64,000 nucleotides of DNA from Conexivisphaerales archaeon (lineage in GTDB: Archaea > Thermoproteota > Nitrososphaeria > Conexivisphaerales > DTJL01). The stretch covers positions 47,516-111,515 of the forward strand of contig JBEKZX010000001.1 in NCBI GenBank assembly GCA_049509455.1, read 5' to 3'. The notes beneath the pieces were generated by a model that was given only the letters and a program-made list of their open reading frames with translations, was not told where the DNA came from and searched no databases. This document shows positions 60,628 to 64,000 of this stretch, one piece after another (within the stretch, counting starts at the first letter, position 1; each line of letters starts with the position of its first letter). The position numbers and the translations under genes are program-made.

Positions 60628-61367
60628 AGCGGAGCGGGGGCGGCCAGATTCTCGCCGCCGTCTTGGTTAACGCCGTGTACGCGATGGAGAACTACCCCGT
60701 GGTCCTCCTCAACACCGTGCTTTCGCCGCTCTCCTTTCTCCTCGTGATATTCTTCGTCAGCAGGGGGGCGCTCATAGGGGAGGCTATCGAAGGGGCCTTC
60801 ATAATGAGCATGTTCTCGAGTGGCATGGGACTACAGTCCGACCTTTCGCACCTGAAGAACGATTTCAAGGTGCAGGACATGGTGGTGAGCTCGCCCACGA
60901 CGCCGACGCTGTACGTCGCCGGCATGGCCCTATCCGAGCTCGTATATTCGCTCCCCGCCCTGACCGTGCTGACGGTTCTCGCTGCCCTTTTCCTCCGTCC
61001 CAGCCTCATCGAGGCCGTCTCTCTCCTCGGGGTAATGCTGCTGATGTTCCTGGCGTCCGTCACTCTGGGCTTCACCCTCTCCACTTTCACCAGTGATATT
61101 CTACAGAGCTACGCTATGTCTAGCCTCATCTCCACGCTCTTCTCGACGCTGCCTCCCGTCTACTACCCCATCACCTACATCCCGCTTCCCTACAGGTACC
61201 TTGCATATCTCTCTCCCACCACCTATGCTGCGGGGATCGCCCAGAACGCCATGGGCTTCCTGCAGCTAAGTTCCACAGGACTGCTGGCGGACTGGGCGGT
61301 GCTGATAGGGGTAAGCCTCTGCCTGGCTTTGGTTGCGACAAGAAAGGCGAGATGGAGAGACGTCTGA
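60624..61367 (+). CDS. ABC-2 type transporter permease
   Basis: A 247-aa protein with about 6 TM helices. Its ATG overlaps the ATPase stop (ATGA). Confidence 0.75.
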   Translation: MKRSGGGQILAAVLVNAVYAMENYPVVLLNTVLSPLSFLLVIFFVSRGALIGEAIEGAFIMSMFSSGMGLQSDLSHLKNDFKVQDMVVSSPTTPTLYVAGMALSELVYSLPALTVLTVLAALFLRPSLIEAVSLLGVMLLMFLASVTLGFTLSTFTSDILQSYAMSSLISTLFSTLPPVYYPITYIPLPYRYLAYLSPTTYAAGIAQNAMGFLQLSSTGLLADWAVLIGVSLCLALVATRKARWRDV

Positions 61368-61421
61368 ACGCCGGGGGGCGATCCCCGCCGAGCGTGCCCA
61401 CAGACTTCCCCCTTCTCGGTG

Positions 61422-62003
61422 TCAGGATCGCTCGCCGATGGTGATTACCAGGAATCGGCTCATCCTGCGAGGCTGTGCCCGAACGACCAGTCCTCCCCGG
61501 GCGAACATTTCAAGCACCCTCCGGGGATCGCTGGGCCAGAAATGGCGGGTGAACTTCGAGAGGCCGAAAGGCGGCCACAGGTCGGCGAGGAGGAGGCGGG
61601 AGCCTGGGCGAAGGACCCTGGCTATTTGCCGCAACCCCTGCTCCTGGGCCGGCCAGTGGTGAAAGGAGAAGGTGCTCAAGGCTAGATCGATTGAGGCATC
61701 AGCCAGAGGGAGCGATTCGGCTCCGCTCACGTAGAAGGTGGCCCCGGGCAACAGCCGTCGAGCCACCTCCACGCTGCCCTTCTCGGGGTCGATGCCTATC
61801 AGCTCTGCCGAAGGGAAGAGGATCTTGGCCTTGCGCAGTAGCCCCCCCGTTCCGCAGCCGACGTCTAGGATGGTCCGCGGCCGCTCTTGCCTGTCAACGA
61901 GGCTGAGGATGATGTTGTGCGCCCGGTCGAAGAAGAAGTTCTGACTGGGCGACCCTCCACGTGGCGTCGGCCTGCGGTCGGACAATTCGATTTCGTCGAC
62001 CAC
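61422..62003 (-). CDS. class I SAM-dependent methyltransferase
   Basis: Motif I ILDVGCGTGGL, an acidic post-I residue (GIDPE) and motif II/III spacing typical of the Methyltransf_11/25 families. Confidence 0.85.
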   Translation of the reverse strand: MVDEIELSDRRPTPRGGSPSQNFFFDRAHNIILSLVDRQERPRTILDVGCGTGGLLRKAKILFPSAELIGIDPEKGSVEVARRLLPGATFYVSGAESLPLADASIDLALSTFSFHHWPAQEQGLRQIARVLRPGSRLLLADLWPPFGLSKFTRHFWPSDPRRVLEMFARGGLVVRAQPRRMSRFLVITIGERS

Positions 62004-62109
62004 GCGCGCTTTTCACTGGGCCCTGGGCGACTAAGGAGACTATTTCTGGATATCTGTTTCTCCTGCCATCGAAAGGGACGGCGGCTGCTCTCGCCGTGGA
62101 CGTTTTTTC

Positions 62110-62670
62110 GTGTTCCCATCAAAGCAAGTTAAATACGCGAAACTGTTGGTCCGTAACGGCAAGGGAATGGGCGAAGTCCTCAAGATTGAAGGCGGGCGTT
62201 GGACGGATTTCTGGCTTACGGACAGGGATGTCCTGCAGGTCACCGTCGCCCCCTCTTCTTACATCTACGTCACCACCGCCGCCTTCATCGCGGTAGCCAT
62301 TCTATTGGCTAGGGTGCTGAACCCGGCATTTGTCAGCGGGATTATCTTGGCAGCGGCCGGTGGCGCCGTCGCGGCCGCGCTCGGCAGCATATTCGGCTCC
62401 CTCTTGGCCAACCGTTCGGCCATCCGGCGGAGAAGAGAGCTCCTCTCTCTCACATCAGATCAGATGCGAGTCCAGAAGGGGAAGGTGATCAGTGTTCCTT
62501 GGTCAGAGGTGGAATCGGTGAAGTTGAGCGGGAGGACGATGACGCTCTGCTACGGTAAGCATCAGATGAAGATGCTGCTTCCGCCCAAAGCCGTCGTGCC
62601 CACGAGAGAATACGTGTCAGCAAAGCTCGCCGGCAGGATAGTCATAGAACAGAGCGGGGCGCCTGCCTGA
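62110..62670 (+). CDS. hypothetical membrane protein
   Basis: Two central TM helices (YIYVTTAAFIAVAILLARV, GIILAAAGGAVAAALGSIFGSLL) are flanked by small soluble beta-rich segments. The likely start is ATG 62167 (MGEVLKIEGG). Confidence 0.5.
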   Translation: MFPSKQVKYAKLLVRNGKGMGEVLKIEGGRWTDFWLTDRDVLQVTVAPSSYIYVTTAAFIAVAILLARVLNPAFVSGIILAAAGGAVAAALGSIFGSLLANRSAIRRRRELLSLTSDQMRVQKGKVISVPWSEVESVKLSGRTMTLCYGKHQMKMLLPPKAVVPTREYVSAKLAGRIVIEQSGAPA

Positions 62671-62746
62671 AGTCCATCCCTTTCGCAGGGGTGAGCTCAC
62701 CGGAAGCGGCCGCCTGGCATCTGGAAGCGCGGGGCTCACCTGAAGG

Positions 62747-63739
62747 TCAATAGTGGCCTTCGACTGCGCGTGGCCGGTAGGGCTCCTCCAACAGCTTGAT
62801 TTCTTCATGGGTCAGCTTGACGTCCACCGCGCCAACGAGCTCTTCCAGCTGCGGAAGCTTGGTCACGCCTACGATGGGGGCGACCACGCAGGGCTTGCTG
62901 AGCAGCCAGGCGAGCGCCACCTGGACCGGTGGGACGTCCTTCTCCTTGGAGACAGCCAGCAGCGCGTCCAGCACCTTGAAGTCTTGGGGTCTGAAATACC
63001 TCTCCTTAAGGTACTTGTCCGACTCGTAGCGGCGACCGCTCGGCTTCAGCCCCCTCCGGTATCTTCCCGACAAGAACCCCCTCCCAAGCGGGCTCCACGA
63101 GATGATCCCCACACCTCTCGACAAGCAAAGCGGAATCATCTCTCGCTCCTCCTCTCTATAGGCTAGGTTGTAATGGTCCTGCATGCTCACGAATTTCTCT
63201 AGGCCCAGTCTTTCGCTGGTGTCCAAGGCGGTGGCGAGCTGCCAGGCCCACATGCTCGAGGCGCCGATGTAGTTCACCGTCCCTTCATGGATGAGATCGT
63301 CCAACGCCGACAGGGTCTCCTCGATCGGCGTCTCATAGTCCCAACGGTGTGTCTGATAGAGGTCGACGTACTTCATCTTAAGGCGCTCGAGGGACCGTCC
63401 GATCTGCTGCCGGATGTGCCGGCGAGAGAGTCCCCTGTCGTTGGGGCCCGGCCCCATGGGGTTGAAGACCTTCGTCGCTATCACTAGGTCGTTCCGTCTC
63501 CCCTGCGCCGCCCTCCCAACGATCTCCTCCGATTTCCCCGACGAATACATGTTGGCCGTGTCGAGGAAGTTGATTCCGAGGTCTATCGCCTTCTTAATGA
63601 TGGGCTCGGAGTCCTCGTAACCCAGGGTCCAGGCGAAGCCCCCCTTCTCACCGCCGCCGAAGCTCATGCATCCCAGGCAGATTCGCGAGACCTTCAGACC
63701 GCTGGTCCCAAGACGAGTGTACTGCATGACCTGCATCAT
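62747..63739 (-). CDS. aldo/keto reductase
   Basis: Carries LGCMSFGG, FLDTANMYS.G.SEE, the catalytic-tetrad context (D..Y..K..H) and the C-terminal PIVGVTK..QLEE. Confidence 0.9.
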   Translation of the reverse strand: MMQVMQYTRLGTSGLKVSRICLGCMSFGGGEKGGFAWTLGYEDSEPIIKKAIDLGINFLDTANMYSSGKSEEIVGRAAQGRRNDLVIATKVFNPMGPGPNDRGLSRRHIRQQIGRSLERLKMKYVDLYQTHRWDYETPIEETLSALDDLIHEGTVNYIGASSMWAWQLATALDTSERLGLEKFVSMQDHYNLAYREEEREMIPLCLSRGVGIISWSPLGRGFLSGRYRRGLKPSGRRYESDKYLKERYFRPQDFKVLDALLAVSKEKDVPPVQVALAWLLSKPCVVAPIVGVTKLPQLEELVGAVDVKLTHEEIKLLEEPYRPRAVEGHY

Positions 63740-63889
63740 CGCTCTGTCGACTAATTAGTCTTGCTTTACATGGATGTCAAGTCGTTGCCCGACATCCTAT
63801 TTCCGCAGCCCTGACCGGCCCTCGTGCGCACGGGACGGCAGTAGCGCGTGACCAAAAGCATATCTACCTACGCATGGCTTCCAGCGACT

Positions 63890-64000
63890 GTGCCTAAGCT
63901 GAGGGTGGGGTACTGGGCCGCGGCCGAGCAACACAATCCCGAGCTTCTTATTCAATACGCAAAGGAGGCCGAGGTCGTGGGCTTCGACATGATCGCCGTC
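63890..64000 (+). CDS. 5' end of an LLM-class (luciferase-like, possibly F420-dependent) oxidoreductase, truncated by the window
   Basis: A GTG-initiated frame stays open to the window edge: VPKLRVGYWAAAEQHNPELLIQYAKEAEVVGFDMIAV. It resembles N-termini of F420-dependent G6PD and LLM oxidoreductases (..G...S.EQ..P.el...a..AE..GFD). Confidence 0.45.
   Translation, partial: MPKLRVGYWAAAEQHNPELLIQYAKEAEVVGFDMIAV

Overview
This is an archaeal chromosomal window of roughly 60-63% G+C. Strong GC3 bias leaves many long antisense shadow ORFs in the track, and I rejected most of them.

Core content:
- The conserved transcription/translation cluster rpoH-rpoB-rpoA-rpl30e-nusA-rps12-rps7-tuf. rpoB is unsplit, and rpoA is a single 1264-aa gene with A' and A'' fused. 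By recollection this points to a TACK lineage of the Thaumarchaeota/Korarchaeota type.
- A group-3b-like cytosolic [NiFe] hydrogenase operon in the order hydB-hydG-hydD-hydA.
- A nearly complete Hyp maturation set: hypA plus an Mrp/MinD-type ATPase, then hypF, hypD, hypC and hypE.
- alaS and leuS.
- Assorted housekeeping genes: adenine deaminase, malic enzyme, proC, gnd, truD, pth2, diphthine synthase, a PriL-like gene, nreA, queT, tatA and rimI.
- Two ABC-2 exporter pairs.
- Three tRNA genes, all interrupted by introns. One intron lies in the T-arm, and one tRNA carries two introns.

Accessory content: a lower-GC segment (about 50% G+C, 53.2-59.7 kb) holds only uncharacterised genes. These are a double zinc-ribbon protein with a Gly/Met-rich core, a membrane-anchored 6-bladed Kelch-like propeller, a translationally coupled pair of winged-helix proteins, small membrane and zinc-finger ORFs, and an HTH/coiled-coil gene. 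The last gene is preceded by a 520-nt non-coding stretch with phased GTAC repeats.

Other oddities:
- A 0.77-kb ORF-poor, possibly structured interval between two tRNAs.
- A Pop5-like coding signal with no stop codon that runs into the antisense frame of nreA.
- A tandem TRASH-like zinc protein.
- A DeoC-like protein that seems to lack the Schiff-base lysine.
- A PriL-like protein without Fe-S cysteines.
- Very frequent TTG start codons.

I recognised no rRNA, CRISPR array, integrase or transposase. All functional calls rest on motifs and family resemblance recalled from memory. No database search was run.
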